Below are positions 14,282 through 29,741 of a stretch of 64,000 nucleotides of DNA, piece after piece. Source of the stretch: Sarea resinae (Eukaryota); assembly GCA_026026165.1 (NCBI GenBank), contig JAPEUD010000067.1:62001-126000 (forward strand). The letters are read 5' to 3'. Every line of letters begins with the position of its first letter. Position 1 is the stretch's first letter. The notes beneath the pieces were generated by a model. That model saw only the letters and a list, made by a program, of their open reading frames with translations, made no database searches and was not told the origin of the DNA. Position numbers and translations under genes: made by a program.

Positions 14282-14914
14282 TCGATTCACCATGCCCGAC
14301 AGGGCGGTAAACGCAGCGCCGGGGTGGAACTGAGAGTGATGTCGATCTTCCGTGTGGAGGGACGCCCTCAGAGAGGCCAGTACGTTGAGAAGTGAAGAAT
14401 AAGTCAATGCCTCTTACAAAGCCCACATTGAGCATGACCTATTCTGTTCTAAGCTGCTTGGGAGAGTCTTGGTGGACGTGCCGGACAATATTAAGAAGGT
14501 AACATTATTCTCTTAGAATCCTTAGTATGCTTTGTCTCTTCAAGTTGGATTGCTGGTCTTTGGCATAATTGGCGCAAGGAGTGCGCTCTTACTGCTGGAT
14601 GAACATTAGCCGCGAAGAGTGGGCATTGATATCTTCTACCTATGCCTTGTATGAACATAATCCACCGCTAAATCGATATGGCTTCTAAGGAGTTGTCCTA
14701 CGCTATAGCAATATTTGAAAACCAAGTTCGTGGAGCGAAAACCATCTCAATTTTATATCACGTCTCCCGCCATAGTCTAAAATCTCATTCTAATTTCAAA
14801 TGCAGGCGCGGCTTATCATTCCGCAAAAAGAAGCCATCACATGATTGTAAACGCCGATGCTAGCCCAATGTGATATCCCACTATTTGCCGGGCAATGAAG
14901 TCGATCCAGCACCG

Positions 14915-16224
14915 TCATTTCACGCCCGATATCGGTTTTCCCTTCTCCTCATTGGCACCAAGTTCTTCTTCCTTCCACGTACCGCCTCCTCCGACCTTGC
15001 GCCCGCCTTCCCTTCTCTTCACCCGGCAATACATGCCAACATCCTTGTCCCATATAAATTGCCAGAGCACATAGGTCCAGCTGGCGTGCTGCGGCAGATC
15101 GTCGTAGAATTCCTTGGCCATGCGGTTCAACACTGGTAGCTTCGTCCAAGGTACAGCGGGAAAATCGTGATGTTCGTTGTGTAAACCAACGTTGTAAGTA
15201 AAGAAGTTCAGTGGCCCGTAATAAGAATAGGTCTCAGGTACAGATGTTAGAGTTTGTGGATCCCGAGCTGAGTCGGGTAGCTTCTCGAAAACATAGTGCT
15301 CAGCAATGAAATGGCCTGCGCAAGGATGTAGGGAGCCGGCCAGGAAAGAGCTCATAATCAAGTAAGCCAGCGCATTCCAGCCGGCGAATCGGACGAGTAT
15401 GTAGTCAAAGAGTACTTGAGTAATGATATTCAAAAGATGGATCTTAGTGAGAGGGAGCTGGTACACCATCATCGGGCGCAGCGCATAGAAGAGGATCTGA
15501 AAGGTGCAAAAGAAAGCCTTTCCGAGGACAGAGTCAAGGAAAATGGCCTCGAGGGAGGTGGGAAGATCGGTATCTAGACCCTCAACGCCCAATGATTTAT
15601 GATGGGTCAAATGATAAGGCTGTACGATCTGTCAGCATCCAGGCCGCTTTTCATGTTAAGCTCGCACTCACTCTGAAGGCTGCGCTATATGGGACACCAA
15701 TAGGTAGGTTGGCAAACATAGCAAATAACCGATTTGCTAGGGGCGATCGGAAGGCAAGATTGTGAGAGATTTCGTGGATAGCAAGGAACAGATTCTGATT
15801 GGCAGTTGCTCCAATGATATAGGCTGTAAGGAAGAATGGCCATGATAGCACGGCAGTCCGCCTTAGGACATATGCACACACAATCTGGAGAACGACAACT
15901 CCAAACACGACATACTTTGTCAGAGGTTCATGACCGCAAAGCTTCGTGACCTAGTTTAAGGGAGATCATAAGAACGGGAGGGAATCGAGGCGAAATGGCC
16001 ATAGATAGATCGGTGAATCTTACCTCTGGATAGGCTTTGATAATAGCTTGCCTGCGCGTCCGATGAGGCTCTTCTGTATACGTCCAAAAGAAACGATCAG
16101 AACCCTTTTCGTGAGGCACCGGCTCCTGGCTTTCCTTCGCTGCCCTGATGGAAAGAGTGCTGCCTCGGGCACCATTATCTGGGCGAGGCTCCGCAGCCGT
16201 CGTAAGAGATGAAAATTGATGCAT
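14915..16224 (-). CDS. DES1: Sphingolipid delta(4)-desaturase
   Basis: FFWTYTEEPHRTRR N-terminal motif and three His boxes (HEISHN, HLTHH, HNEHH); two introns. Confidence 0.95.
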
Positions 16225-17194
16225 TGTGCCGTGGTTCTAGGTTCGAAAGAGTGACTTTGAATGGCAGTAGGGAACGAATTGGCCTCCTTTCTGAACGAAA
16301 CGACGAGCAAGTCCCAATTGGAAGGAGTAGAGTTGATATTCGTGACAACTCTCCAACTCTTAAGATTATCAGGAGTTGGACGACATCTACAGCAAGTACA
16401 GTATCCGCACTCAAGTAATATACATAAATAAACCTTACTAGAGAAGAGTCCTAGAAAGTCGTACCTCTTACATCGCGAATTCGCCAGTCCTCTCTCAATA
16501 GCGCGACAACCCAGCCGTTATGAAAGAATATCAGGGTGTCGTTCAAGTTCTTTCTACTTCTTGGCTACGCGAGGCGAAGGATGAACTGATGGTGGTCTGT
16601 GGATAGTACAGTCGTTGGGAGACCACGAATCATGTGTTTATAAGCAACTAGCCCATCGGGTGTTTGAGGGCCAAGTACTCGGAGTACTCCATAGGTACGG
16701 TACGGCACTGAGGTATGGACTCTTTACTCCGAGTACTCCGAAGTACAGACTTGAAGTTCGATTTGTGTTGTTTTATAGAGACGAGTTCTAAGACACGCAA
16801 AGTGTCTCTGTATAGTAGTAGAGTGCGGAGTACTTTACTATGTGTGCAATCTTCGATGATAGCCAACTCAAAATTTCGGTAATAACTTTTCCCCTTGCCC
16901 ATCCATGAAAGGAGCTAGGAAGGTCTCATCCGACTTCGGGACCCTGTCTATTGGGAAACCCAAACAACGCACGTACATAGTAGAGTAGGGAATGCGTTTG
17001 AAAGATAACAAGGAAGGGGATACTCCAAAATACATTTCTCCGATAATCTCATCACCGTTGAGTCAACGTTCAGGCAAATTTGCTAATGCGGAACTTTTAA
17101 ATGGTGTGTTGGCCGTTAACAAGGGGAGCATTGAACGAGGGCCTGGCGTGCAATTTTCGTTGGCACCTTGTGCCTACACACACAGCAAGGTTGA

Positions 17195-18878
<1,684 letters not shown>

Positions 18879-19431
18879 TTTGCAAATGTTTTGGAACCTT
18901 CGCAGGTATTGAAACACTCTTCTATTGAGAACTACTGAGAGGGGCGCAAAGGTTGAGTAGCTGGTGCCTGTGAAACAATCCGAGGGCCGAGCGATGTGTT
19001 GAGCGTGAATTTGAGGTGCGGAGGATTTTGGCGGGGCCGGGGCGACCGAGGGGACTGGCAAAGATACTCGAACCAGGTGATACTCACAGTACGATACAGC
19101 ATCCATGTTATCGTGTAGGTTCGGCCTTAGAGATACATCTCAGCTAGTATCCCTATAGGAGGTAGGTACCAGTAGGTAATCTTGATACCTAAGGTACCTC
19201 CTAGGGTGGAATCTACACACGTCATGGTAGTGCCAACCAGCTCCCCAAGGGTAGACAATCTCACTTTACTGTAATCATTATTCATACGCACTTGTAGTCT
19301 CAAATACTTACTTCCCAGAAACAATTCGACAGAAAACAAGACTTGTACCTAGCAAGTGGGGGGCCTCTACTTCTTATTGCAGAACGTCCGGTCTCAAAGC
19401 ATTATTCGAGGAGCGTCAATCGGAATGAGGG

Positions 19432-20309
19432 ATGCGACGCCGCTCAGTATATCCCTTCTTGTCCTCCGGCCTTCTACGGCCAGTACCACTTCTACCCATA
19501 CTTCTTCCATTTCGGTCCCTATTCAGTTCACCTTTACTTCGGTATCCCGATGAGCTCAATCACTATGAAACGTTGGGTGTGCCACCAACTGCATCTGGAG
19601 CCGAGATTAAAAAGTATGATTCATCAAAGAGGCGATGAAATACCGAGATGCTTATGGCCTTTGGGACAGGAAATTCTATTTGCTCTCGAAATCGCACCAC
19701 CCTGATCGCAATCTCAATGATCCCGAAGCAGCCTCCCGGTTTGTGAAGGTCTCTGAAGCTTACGCCGTACTTGGCAGTCCTAAGAAACGTGAGAGGTACG
19801 ACAGTGAAAGACACCATACTTCAAGCTCATCTGGAAGCCGTCAAGGATCGCATTCGTCAACCTCTGGTCCGGCTGGAGCCCGACCAGCTAGTGGATTGAG
19901 CAAACGTCGTACACATTTTCGGGGCCCACCACCCAGCTTTTACCGAAGTGGAGGATGGGGTTCGCAAGGAGAGAAGAGACGCACTCAGGCGCAGGCCTCA
20001 GCGACAGCAACGGCAGCTTCTGCTTCGGGTTCGGGGGCAGGTTTCGGACCGGGTGGTACACAAACTGGTCGAGAAGACGATGTTCCTCACTTCAATCGTA
20101 CGGCGCATTTGAGAACTCAGGAGCAAACCGAAGAGCGAAGGCGAAAACGCATGGTCGATGACTCCACATTTCTACAGAGTGAGGGCAGCGTTTTGTTCAA
20201 TGTCGTTCTGATAGGCGGTATTATCACCCTTGCGGTATTCTTGCCCTCTATGTTTGAAAAGGGTGCGATGCGCGAGAAAAAGGCTACGAAAGATGCAACG
20301 TCACGGTAA
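19432..20309 (+). CDS. DnaJ-domain protein, probably mitochondrial, with C-terminal TM segment
   Basis: Arg-rich amphipathic presequence, J domain NHYETLGV..HHPD..SEAYAVL, one intron (~19614-19669) and a hydrophobic segment near the C-terminus. Confidence 0.85.
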
Positions 20310-20558
20310 TTGTTTGGGGGTTGGCAGTGCATCTACTTCGTCCACTTGCACCACAGTATCATCCTCCTGGCAAAGCTGGAAAGACGGCAGCATAAAGTGA
20401 ACGGCGGAAAGCACGCCAACAGAATTGTGGAGTGTAGTTCTAAATATCATTTTCTAAGCAATGCGATATGATCGGAATACTACACGGGAATCCGGAAAGA
20501 TGTAGATGCTATCCCGAGATAGCTACTCGAGGTTCCGCACGTCTAGCACCGACTTTAA

Positions 20559-21865
20559 TCAAGCCTCGAAAGTGAAGCTCGCGCCGACCTGAAGTGAAGT
20601 AAGTAAAATCCATAGACAAATACGGTATACTATTCATACCTTATGCGCAGCTTCATTCAAGTTCTGGGTGTCAAATGATGCGCCCAGTCCAAGTGTAACG
20701 CCAGGACGAAGAAGGACGTTGTATGCCAGAGCGGCGATGCCACGGTCGTTAATTTTGGCCTGAATCAAACCCATTAGCAACCCGTGTATGATTCATTACG
20801 AAAGGAGTAAGTCTTAGAGAAAGATACCTTAGCAAAGGACGTAGGATCGAGTCGATACTTGCTAGCGACCTCAAGCCCCACATTGTTGCTGCCGTTCGAA
20901 TCCCAGGTAGCCTTCGCGCCAGCCTCGACCTGGGAATTGACACGGTGGTAGTAGGAGGCAGAGAAGACGCTGAGGTTGTTTGTGGCCGTTATTCCAGCTG
21001 TATATTCGGGCGCGGTGTAGCCAATGGCGGCTGAGTACTTGGTGATGGCCGCTTTTTGCACATTATATCCGGCCTCTGCGCCGACAAGGAAGCCGTCATG
21101 TCCCAAAACAGCGTCAACGTTGGCAGTAGGACCTTTGAGCAGATCAAAGAAAGCACGAGCGTTGAAGTTGGGCTGCTTAAAGTAGAGGTTCACTTTCGCG
21201 CCCTTGGACTGAGTACTTGGGAGGAATTGGGTGAGGACCTCAGTCTTCAGTCCCTTAGCAATGGTGTTGTCAAGCTCGACCTTCGTATCGAGAGCGTTGA
21301 GCGTCGTCCATGCCTGGGTAAGGGTCAAGCCTGCGCGACGATAAAACATCAGTAATGTTGATTGAGCACGAGATATGATGATATGATGTCCGCATTGTTT
21401 GCGAGTATTAGGCGGGCTGTGTATGATAAAATGCAGATAGTTGAAATATGTACCAGTCGGAGCATCTGAGTATTTCGCTTCAATCTATGTTCCCAGACAA
21501 TAGGTTAGAATATTCGGGCAGGACATGATCCACGATCCACCAAAAGCCTCGAGGGGAGCCATACCTGGCCAGTAGTGGCACCCTCATGGGCCGATTTGCC
21601 TTTGACGTTGAAGCTCACACCATTTGGTGCCTTCGACTTGACCTCGAGCGTAGCTGATACAAAATTAGCCCAGCTTGATCTGAAGCGAATATCGGAACAA
21701 GTAATTGTGCAATGCGCTCCATACCAGCCGCAGTGTGGTAAAAGTCTTTGTTCAAAAGCTATACAAGAGAGTCAGTCGCAACACTCATAGCAACTGTAGC
21801 ATAGATGAGAAACAACCCACATCATTAGACGGCTTAGAGATGTCAGAGAAGGCTGGGACAGACAT
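20559..21865 (-). CDS. POR1: Mitochondrial outer-membrane porin (VDAC)
   Basis: MSVPAFSDISKPSND LLNKDFYH start, GLTLTQAW, SASYYHRVN, AKINDRG and end HKVGASFTFEA; six introns. Confidence 0.96.
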
Positions 21866-22727
21866 GATGAAAGCTCGAGGAAGAGATTGGCCGGCTTGAT
21901 CGGAGGCAATTGATGGTTTGATTGAGTGAAGATGTATAGACACAAGTGGAGATCCTTTGAATAGATGGAACTGAAGTTCTACCGATGCACAGGAAGGAAG
22001 TCTTCTCCAGCTCGTCCCAACTATTGATGATACCTTAGGTAGGTGAATTAGGTACCTACCCAGCAGGCTATATCTACCTAGAACAGAGGTATCTTAAGTA
22101 CTTCGTACCGGTAAATTAGCCGGCTCACAGATTCGTAGAAGATTCACGTGTATGCTTTAGCCAATGGATGGCCATCCTCTCACGCGAGCTGTCGTTTCGT
22201 TGTCATGCAGGCGGGCGTATCGGCCACCCTCGGCTGTACTCCGTAGAGGTCTCCGAGATTGCCCTGCATTGCTACCTACCTTAGGTACCTAGGTATTGAA
22301 ATGGCAGTATTCATACTACTATGCGAAGGACCGAGGACGAGTACAGAGTAATGGATTCGTAAATGCAGTATGCATGGATACGTACGAAGTTACACACTCA
22401 ACCTTGCTGAAGTGAAGGAGCAACGAAAGAATATTATCATATTTTTTTTATATAGACAAGTATGCATAGAACTTCGGACAATTAGGAAAGGAGCGGGGCC
22501 GGGTGTTATTCATGCTGAGCTTCCATAGCACGCCCGCAATATTGATGCAGCCATTGATGTGTTCTTCTATAGGGCTGAGCCATAAGCAAGCAATATGTTC
22601 ACGACCAGTCAAAGCGCTCAGCATTGAATACTTTATAATAAAGATCAAGGGCTCAGTATCGCGAAAGTCTCGGGTTTACGTCTAGTAGGTGATTTTATAA
22701 TTCTATAGTCTGAGCTATGCTACTCAA

Positions 22728-24948
22728 TCATTGAGCTTCGTATTTCGCAAGGTGCGTAGCAATCGCCCTGGAAAATATTAGCAAAATAAGCCTCAAAAGC
22801 AGAAGGATCCGACTTACCGTCCACTCGGATCACTCTGCTTGGACCATGTCGGAGTCCAGCGCATGACCGTTGACGCACAGTATGGCGGGAAATGTTCATC
22901 GAACATGGTTCGATACCAGTAGCTGGGTTTTCACGTCAACTTCAACAGATGAAGATTCCGATAGAGAGAGGCTTACGCTTCCTTGGAGTCCGGAACATCA
23001 TCGCCCCATTCTGGTTTGGGGTTTTTCAGTTGCTCGTCACTAACGTGTAGCTCAGCATTGTCTTTCAGCGCGTCGATCCAGCCATATCCAACACCGTCGC
23101 TAAACTGCTCCTTCTGTCTCCAGAGGATATGGTCTGGTAGATAAGGCGCTGCATTCGGCTCATCGGTCGTATCAAAGGCCTTGCGGAGAATATATTTCTC
23201 TATCCGCTCCTTTGTAATCAGTTTCTCGGAAGGATCTATGCTCATTGCAACCTCTAAAAACTACGAAAGGGTCAGCTTAGTCCCTCGTTCGCCCAGGGAT
23301 ATTCACCTCCTTATCCAGGAATGGAACCCGAGCTTCAACTCCCCATGCACATGTGGACTTGTTAGCCCTTAGACAGTCCGACAAATGGAGATTCTTGATT
23401 CGACGGACTGTTTCCTCGTGGAACGCTTTTTTATCGGGTGCTGCGTGGAAGTAAAGGTAGCCTCCAAATATTTCGTCACTACCTTCTCCGCTCAGGACCA
23501 TTTTCACCCCAAGGGCCTTGATCTTTCGGCTAAGTAGAAACATTGGAGTTGATGCTCGAATCGTCGTAACGTCGTAAGTTTCCAAATGGTATATGACGTC
23601 AGAAAGAGCGTTGAGCCCATCTTCGATAGTAAAAGTAAAAGCATGGTGCTTCGTCCCTAGAAACTTTGCCACTTCGAGGGCTGCTTTTGTATCAGGAGCG
23701 TCGGGCAGACCAATCGAAAAGGAATTCAGCTGAGGAAGTGAAGTGACAGTTGACAGCTCGTCGTCATCATTAATGCCAACAAGCCCAGACTCAGTGTGCT
23801 GCATGTCATGGCCATCAACCTTGCCGTTCTTCAGCGCTTGTACTCGAAGTGTTTCTCTCTGAGCAATAGCGGCTACAAGACTTGAGTCCAGCCCACCAGA
23901 CAAAAGAACACCATATGGTACCTCGGCCATTAGACGCTTGCGTACTGAGGTCTCTAACGTCTTGCGAAGCAGCCGGTAATCGATTGGAGTCGATGGGACA
24001 TTTTTTGGATCCCACCAGGACGGCTGGAAATATCGCGTGGTAGTATTTGTTGCTGAATCGTAAATATGACCTGGCGGGAATGAGATTATCTTGTCACATA
24101 CAGGATGCAAGGACTTGAGCTCTGATGCGAAGTAAACTGCTCCAGGTGTTTGACTGGACCATCCCTGATAGAAACTCGTCACTCCGATAGGATCGCGCGC
24201 AGCAATCGTCCGATCTTGGACCTTATCGTACAGAACCCAGGAGAACATTCCATCCAAGTATTTCGGAGCATCTAGGCCATGTTCAATGTACTGAATGATC
24301 GTCAACTTCATGGCACGTGATATTTCTTGGTATCAATAGTCCGCCATACCAATGGAATGATAACCTCGCAATCGGAATGCGTCTTGAAGTGATATTCTTT
24401 CTTCAATTGCTTGCGAATCAGTCTGTGGTTGTAGATTTCGCCGTTCACAGCCAGAGCTAGAGAGCCGTCATCGTTCACAAGGGGTTGTGCACCGCTGTCT
24501 GGATGCAGTCAGCATCAAGTAATTTGAGTAGAGCCCTAAAAGCGCTCACCAATTCCAACGATACTCAGTCGCTCATGCGCAAGGACTGGGCACGCAATGT
24601 CAGCTTTTAGCACATTAATCAGAAGGAACAGGGCACAAACTCGTGTCATTGGCCATGTAATTTCCACCTAACACAATCAGCGCTTTAATTCAGTAGCTCC
24701 TCATCTCCCAACTCACTCCAATCGGGGCCTCTATGCCGGATACTATAGAAATTCGTCAATGTCAAAAAGTGATACTAGCTGGGACGAATACGTACGCTTT
24801 AGCCATGCGCAGAGCCGTGGGCTTAAATTTCAGCACATCGGGATGGCTAAAAGCGATCAGCAACTTCTTCGGAGCCCGCGGGGTTACAGAACCCCACTAT
24901 GGCAGTGGAATTCGGATCCTACCAGTGACAAGCAAAGATACCGCACAT
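22728..24948 (-). CDS. ASN1: Glutamine-dependent asparagine synthetase
   Basis: N-terminal MCGIF (Ntn amidotransferase), [34 protein letters not shown] and DPSGR. Confidence 0.97.
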
Positions 24949-25143
24949 CTTGCGTTGATCTCAATGGATCGCTTTTGAGACAAGTCTAAGAGAAGAAGGG
25001 ATTAATTGAGCTCAGATACGCTTATAGTCCAGATGCTGAGACTCTTCGGGCGACTATGATTTTTTTGATCGGAGGGTGCTGAGTGGCATCTAAGCAGATG
25101 CGGTACTTTTAAAAGGTACGACATTGAACGAGTAACGGGGCGT

Positions 25144-25317
25144 TGAGTCATCGCCGGGACCGGACGCGGTGAGTAAGGTAAGATTCTTCGTGTATAAAGT
25201 ACTCCGGAGTACTGCGTACTTCGCACTTTACTCCGTACTTCGTACATCGGGGTCCATGGAATATTCTGTTTCTCGTCTCCGGGTCTTTGGTAATTCTAAA
25301 TCAATATCCCTGACTCA
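25144..25317 (-). promoter_or_regulatory. Two CpcA/Cpc-1/Gcn4 response elements upstream of asparagine synthetase
   Basis: TGAGTCA at 25144-25150 and TGACTCA at 25311-25317, about 200 and 365 bp upstream of the ATG. ASN genes are canonical general-amino-acid-control targets. Confidence 0.75.
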
Positions 25318-25860
25318 CGAGCATCGGATAACCCGTATTTGACGCAACTTACCAGGGCCACATTACTATGTACTACCTGATTCGTACTGTACGGAGTACG
25401 GAGCAAAATCTAGCTATTATTATCACAATCATTGCAATAAAGTTGAATTTGCCCTGGATATACGACTCTAACGCAGCATAGGTAGGATATAACAACAGAA
25501 TAGTATCTATATACCTGTTGTAAGACTATGAATTTTCAGCCGGTTGCTGGTAAATTTACCTTTTCGACGTTCAACAGTAAAGCTTTTGATCAAGAAGATT
25601 CTGATGACTTAACAACCTGTTAGAGACATTATAGATCAATGCCTAGGCATCTTATGATAGAACCAATTCAAAGAATATAGAGGCTAACCTAGAACATACA
25701 AACCAGTTCTTAAGTGAGCCACAAGGCTACCATAACTAGTACTGCCTGGTCATACCCCCTGGCCAACTATGGCAGCGCGCCTCCCACGAACTCAGAGCAA
25801 TCCTCTATTTAATCCTGCGATATAGGAATGTGCTGTTTGTTCTCAGTAGGAGAGGCAAGC

Positions 25861-25912
25861 GTAGCTTTATTGAGTAGCTTTACTGAGTAGTCTTACTGAG
25901 TAGCTTTATTGA
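25861..25912. repeat. Tandem 13-bp repeat x4 (GTAGCTTTAYTGA)
   Basis: Units start at 25861, 25874, 25887 and 25900. Confidence 0.85.
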
Positions 25913-26498
25913 GTCCGCGTTGTTACGTTTTCTACTTTTCGGACTTCAGATCCGGGGATGAGTTGAGCGCACACAATAAGCCCTTCTACTTCAAGCGGAA
26001 AAGCCAGACTAATTTTAGGTAGCCTTCGACACCTGCTAGAAGAAGACTGGTTCCAGATGAGATAAGCATAAAGCGAGAATCTAGACACTTCCCTCCCTCT
26101 CAAGACTAAACCGTGATAGAGGACGGAGACAAGCGGCCCCAGAAGACAAAAAGGTCAGCGAAACCCGACTATTGATAAGTTCGTCGCTGCACAAAACACT
26201 AGAAAAGAGCTGTCCACGATATTCATTCTGAATATCCTCTAAGCGGCCATGAAAGTCAACTTCCATAGTTTCGCAATTTTCTTTTTCTATCTAGTAGACG
26301 AAAAGGTTTGTGGTCATCGACTTACATCCAAATGAAGGGCCACTCGCCATAAACGCCGACTTCATGCTATTTCACCTTGAGGAGTTTCATGCGAGGACGG
26401 GCAATAAGGAACGCAGTGCCAATCCCCAGTGAAAAGATGCTTGTGTCCTAGCAATCATCCCTACCTCGTCAAAGCGAAGGTAAACACAACAGCAGTGC

Positions 26499-27149
26499 TT
26501 AAATAGCCTGGTTCTCCTTCACGATTTGCTTGATCTTCTTCTCGTATGCTTGCTTGTCCTTCTTAAACAGATTGTAAGCCTCTGCTTGAGCCGGAGAGTC
26601 TGGATTAGGATCATCTAGTAGGTCTTGAATTCCCAGAAGAATCTGCTTGATGGTTATAGCCGGCTTCCATCCTTCTTCTTCGTTCAAGATTGAGAGGCAG
26701 ACTGTGCCAGAAGGATAGACGTTCGGGTGGAAGAGCGGAGGTGTAAATTTGCCTAAATTGATTAGCAATGACCTTATACCAGGGTAGTTGATAGATTCAC
26801 ATTTTGGAGGCTTTGTCGGATACTCTACGAGCCATTCGAATTAGCACCAAATCATAGTGATGGGAGCGTCCCGTAGATACCGTCTGGAAACATGACATCG
26901 AGTTTGAACAGACCGCCTTCCCACATCGTCTTATCCTTTCCTGGGACGCCACATTGCCACTTCTTAAGGTCCAAGATACCCCCAACACTCTGAGGCTTTG
27001 CGAAAAACCCGAAAGGGTGGTCTTTGCGCCACTGCTTCCTATTAGATGAGCAACGAAGTGAGTCAGATCTCAAATTCATGAGAACAAGGGTATAGAGGTA
27101 AGGGCTCGACTGACCGTTCCTCTTGAAGACGATTTTGACAGAGCGACAT
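26499..27149 (-). CDS. UBC9: SUMO-conjugating enzyme E2
   Basis: [23 protein letters not shown] and [16 protein letters not shown]; three introns. Confidence 0.97.
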
Positions 27150-27623
27150 CTTGAGATCAGTCTTAATCCAGCTTGGTCTTTCCGATCGTGGGTTCAGACC
27201 ACGAACGAGCTCTAGGGCCAAAGCGTACTTGATTGATATGAATCAATCACTTCCCGACAGGTGCAGATAATTCGTGACCACAAGCCACCATGAACGATGG
27301 CTCTAAGAGTGACAGCTGGAGTTGGCACGGTTTACCAAGGCAATCATATGGCCGTTCATCGGATTAGCTACGTAGGTAAAGTACGTGGAAGTGCCGTACA
27401 TATCTAAGGTACCTAGGTACCTTACGCAGCGAGATTTACGGGAATGGCCGTATCGGATGCAAATTCACTTTACTTAGTAGGTAGTAGGTACCTGAGAGTC
27501 AGGTAAGTACAAGACCTACTACGCTATCAGGCATAAATAATCATAGTACGGTACAAAGCAGGCCTACAAAGTGGATCTACATAGCCTAAACGAACCAATC
27601 ATTGCTTCTATTACTACGCTGCT

Positions 27624-28649
27624 TTAATACTTTGTGAACCACCTGTTTGCATCAACAACTGCCTAGCATTAAGCAGGCATAGATTCTACAAGATCCTCTA
27701 GGACCTCCTTAGATATCTGATTCTAGGCATCCTGCACAGCTTCTCACAGCCTACTGTAATTCATTCTTAAAGGATAGGCCCTCTTAAGATAGTCCTTTAT
27801 CTTATTCTATACTGCTTTAATTAGATTTAAATCAGGAGAGAAGGAAGGCTAAGAAATAAGCTTACAGCCTTAAGACCTTAAATCCCTTTAAGTTATCCCT
27901 ATAGCGTGGCTAGGAGCTCTATCTTGCATTAAGATTAATTCAGGATGTAGCTGTATCTAACTATTAATTAGTAGAACAATCTTTGCATAGTACTGCTCTT
28001 TGTTAACTGTTCTCTAATCCTTTTCCTAAAAAAGACAAGGACCTTTCTGCTTGCCTGCAAAAGAACCCTAGAACATCTAGCTAATTCCTTAAGATACATA
28101 GCGTTATACAATGCAAGAAGGTTCTAACTCCTCTCTACGTCTGCGCGTCACATAGGTCCTTGTATGTCTTCTACTAGTAATCTAGGTCTTATTAGTCTAT
28201 AAGATATTATTCCATTGTTCTTAAGTCTAGTTAAGATGCTCTTATGCCTATTAAAGTCAGGTTGCTGCTTGTTTGTCGTTCAAAGAGAGCTTTCTGCGTG
28301 CCACATAGCGAGCAAATCCTGCTCTCCTTAGTGCGCACCTCACAACGTATTCTAAGCAGTCCTAACCCATTTCTCTCAGAAGATCACAGTATTGCAAGCA
28401 CTGAGCGAAGTGGGAAGAGCAGACGTATGCGATCAGATCCTCTACTTGCTGTGTAGTCAGACTGCTAGGTCTTCCCCTCCTCTTTGTCGGTGTAGAATGC
28501 TTGTGGGAGCAGGCGTACTAGACCATGTTGATTGTGACTCTAAGAAGCTTTGATATCTCATTGTATGTGTGTCCCGCGGCGCGAAGTGTCTTAATCTGAA
28601 GGCGTTAATCTCAAGTGCTTTGGCGATAAGGTGTAGAAGGCCGTTCCAT
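27624..28649 (-). pseudogene. Tc1-family transposase pseudogene (HTH + DDE)
   Basis: Reads MERPSTP..RLQIKTLR..GRP..VARRK..EHLN*T*EQWNNIL*TNKT* (= WTDETW) ..ESMPA*C*AVVDANRWFTKY. The stops are consistent with C>T/G>A changes. Confidence 0.88.
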
Positions 28650-28654
28650 CTCGC

Positions 28655-29165
28655 TCGTAGGATCGCTAGAATAGGCAGTCAAATGGCGAGGTGAATTGCT
28701 CGTAGGATCGCTGAATTGCTCGCTCGTGGGATCGCTGAATGGCTAGCTAGCTAAGCAGTCGAATTGCTTGCTGAATGGCTAGCTAGCTAGGCAGTCGAAT
28801 TGCTTGCTGAACGGCTAGCTAGCTAGGCAGTCGAATTGCTTGCTGAATGGCTAGCTAGCTAGGCAGTCGAATTGCTTGCTGAACGGCTAGCTAGCTAGGC
28901 AGTCGAATTGCTTGCTGAACGGCTAGCTAGCTAGGCAGTCGAATTGCTCGCTGAATATGCAGTCGAATGGATCGCTGGAATAGGCAGTCGAATGGCGAGG
29001 TGAATTGCTCGATGAATTGCTTGCTGAGTGCCTAGTTGAACGGCTTGCTGAGTGCCTAGCTGAATTGCTTGCTGAGTGCCTAGTTGAACGGCTTGCTGAG
29101 TGCCTAGTTGAGTGGCTTGCTGAGTGCCTAGTTGAGTGGCTGCTTGCTGAATTGCTCGATGAATT
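28655..29165. repeat. Composite tandem array inside the Tc1 5' region
   Basis: Six 36-bp units GGCTAGCTAGCTAGGCAGTCGAATTGCTTGCTGAAY (28741-28956) and five 24-bp units GCTTGCTGAGTGCCTAGYTGA.. (29019-29138). Confidence 0.9.
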
Positions 29166-29741
29166 GCCATGGAGGTGAGCGATCGAAAAAGCAGCGTGGA
29201 GGCTGCAGACCCTGGTTAGCGAGCTTTGTACCGTACTATGATTATTTATGCCTGATAGCGTAGTACATCGTACTTCGTCCATTTCTGTCACCTTGGAGAC
29301 CTGAACACGTACCTTAGTATTGCTAGTACCTTACTGCGCAGTACTACACCGCAGTATCCATGGAGTTTCCTCAGTACCCACGTAAGTTACCTTAGGTAAG
29401 GCATGCATGGAACAGAAATGATAGAAGACTGCCTCTCTTTGAATACGAAGTCAGAGCAGTAGTACTCCTGACCTGTTGTCAGTACTTCGTAGATCTTCTA
29501 GTGCATCAAGGGGTGTCCATAGCATGTCATGTAGACCCCATACTCCGGAGTATCTACCGAGAGGCCTAGGCATGGAATCCTTCCTCGGCTTGGTCTGGGG
29601 TAGGGAAATGGATTCCCTTTCGTAAGACAACCTGGAATTCACATACTTCCTCGATTGAGTCCCTACGTCAATTTAGAGTGTCGCAACACTTTTTCATACG
29701 CACAAAACATTACAAAGTTATTGAAAATCGTATTAAGTGCG

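Larger units (their letters stand above)
27519..29263 (-). mobile_element. Tc1/mariner DNA transposon, full length, RIP-inactivated
   Basis: Perfect 41-bp terminal inverted repeats (CTACGCTATCAGGCATAAATAATCATAGTACGGTACAAAGC) at 27519-27559 and 29223-29263, flanked by TA duplications. Confidence 0.92.

Noticed and set aside
25450..26266. Possible degenerate minus-strand gene between ASN1 and UBC9
   Set aside because: Stop-interrupted with mild RIP-like character; no identifiable homology by eye.
28741..29138. CRISPR-like appearance of the repeat array
   Set aside because: Units are contiguous with no unique spacers, and the context is a eukaryotic transposon.
28923..29291. ORFs with SHSTRHSA / QQATQLGT repeats
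   Set aside because: By-products of the tandem array in the Tc1 element; two frames are open and there is no gene context.
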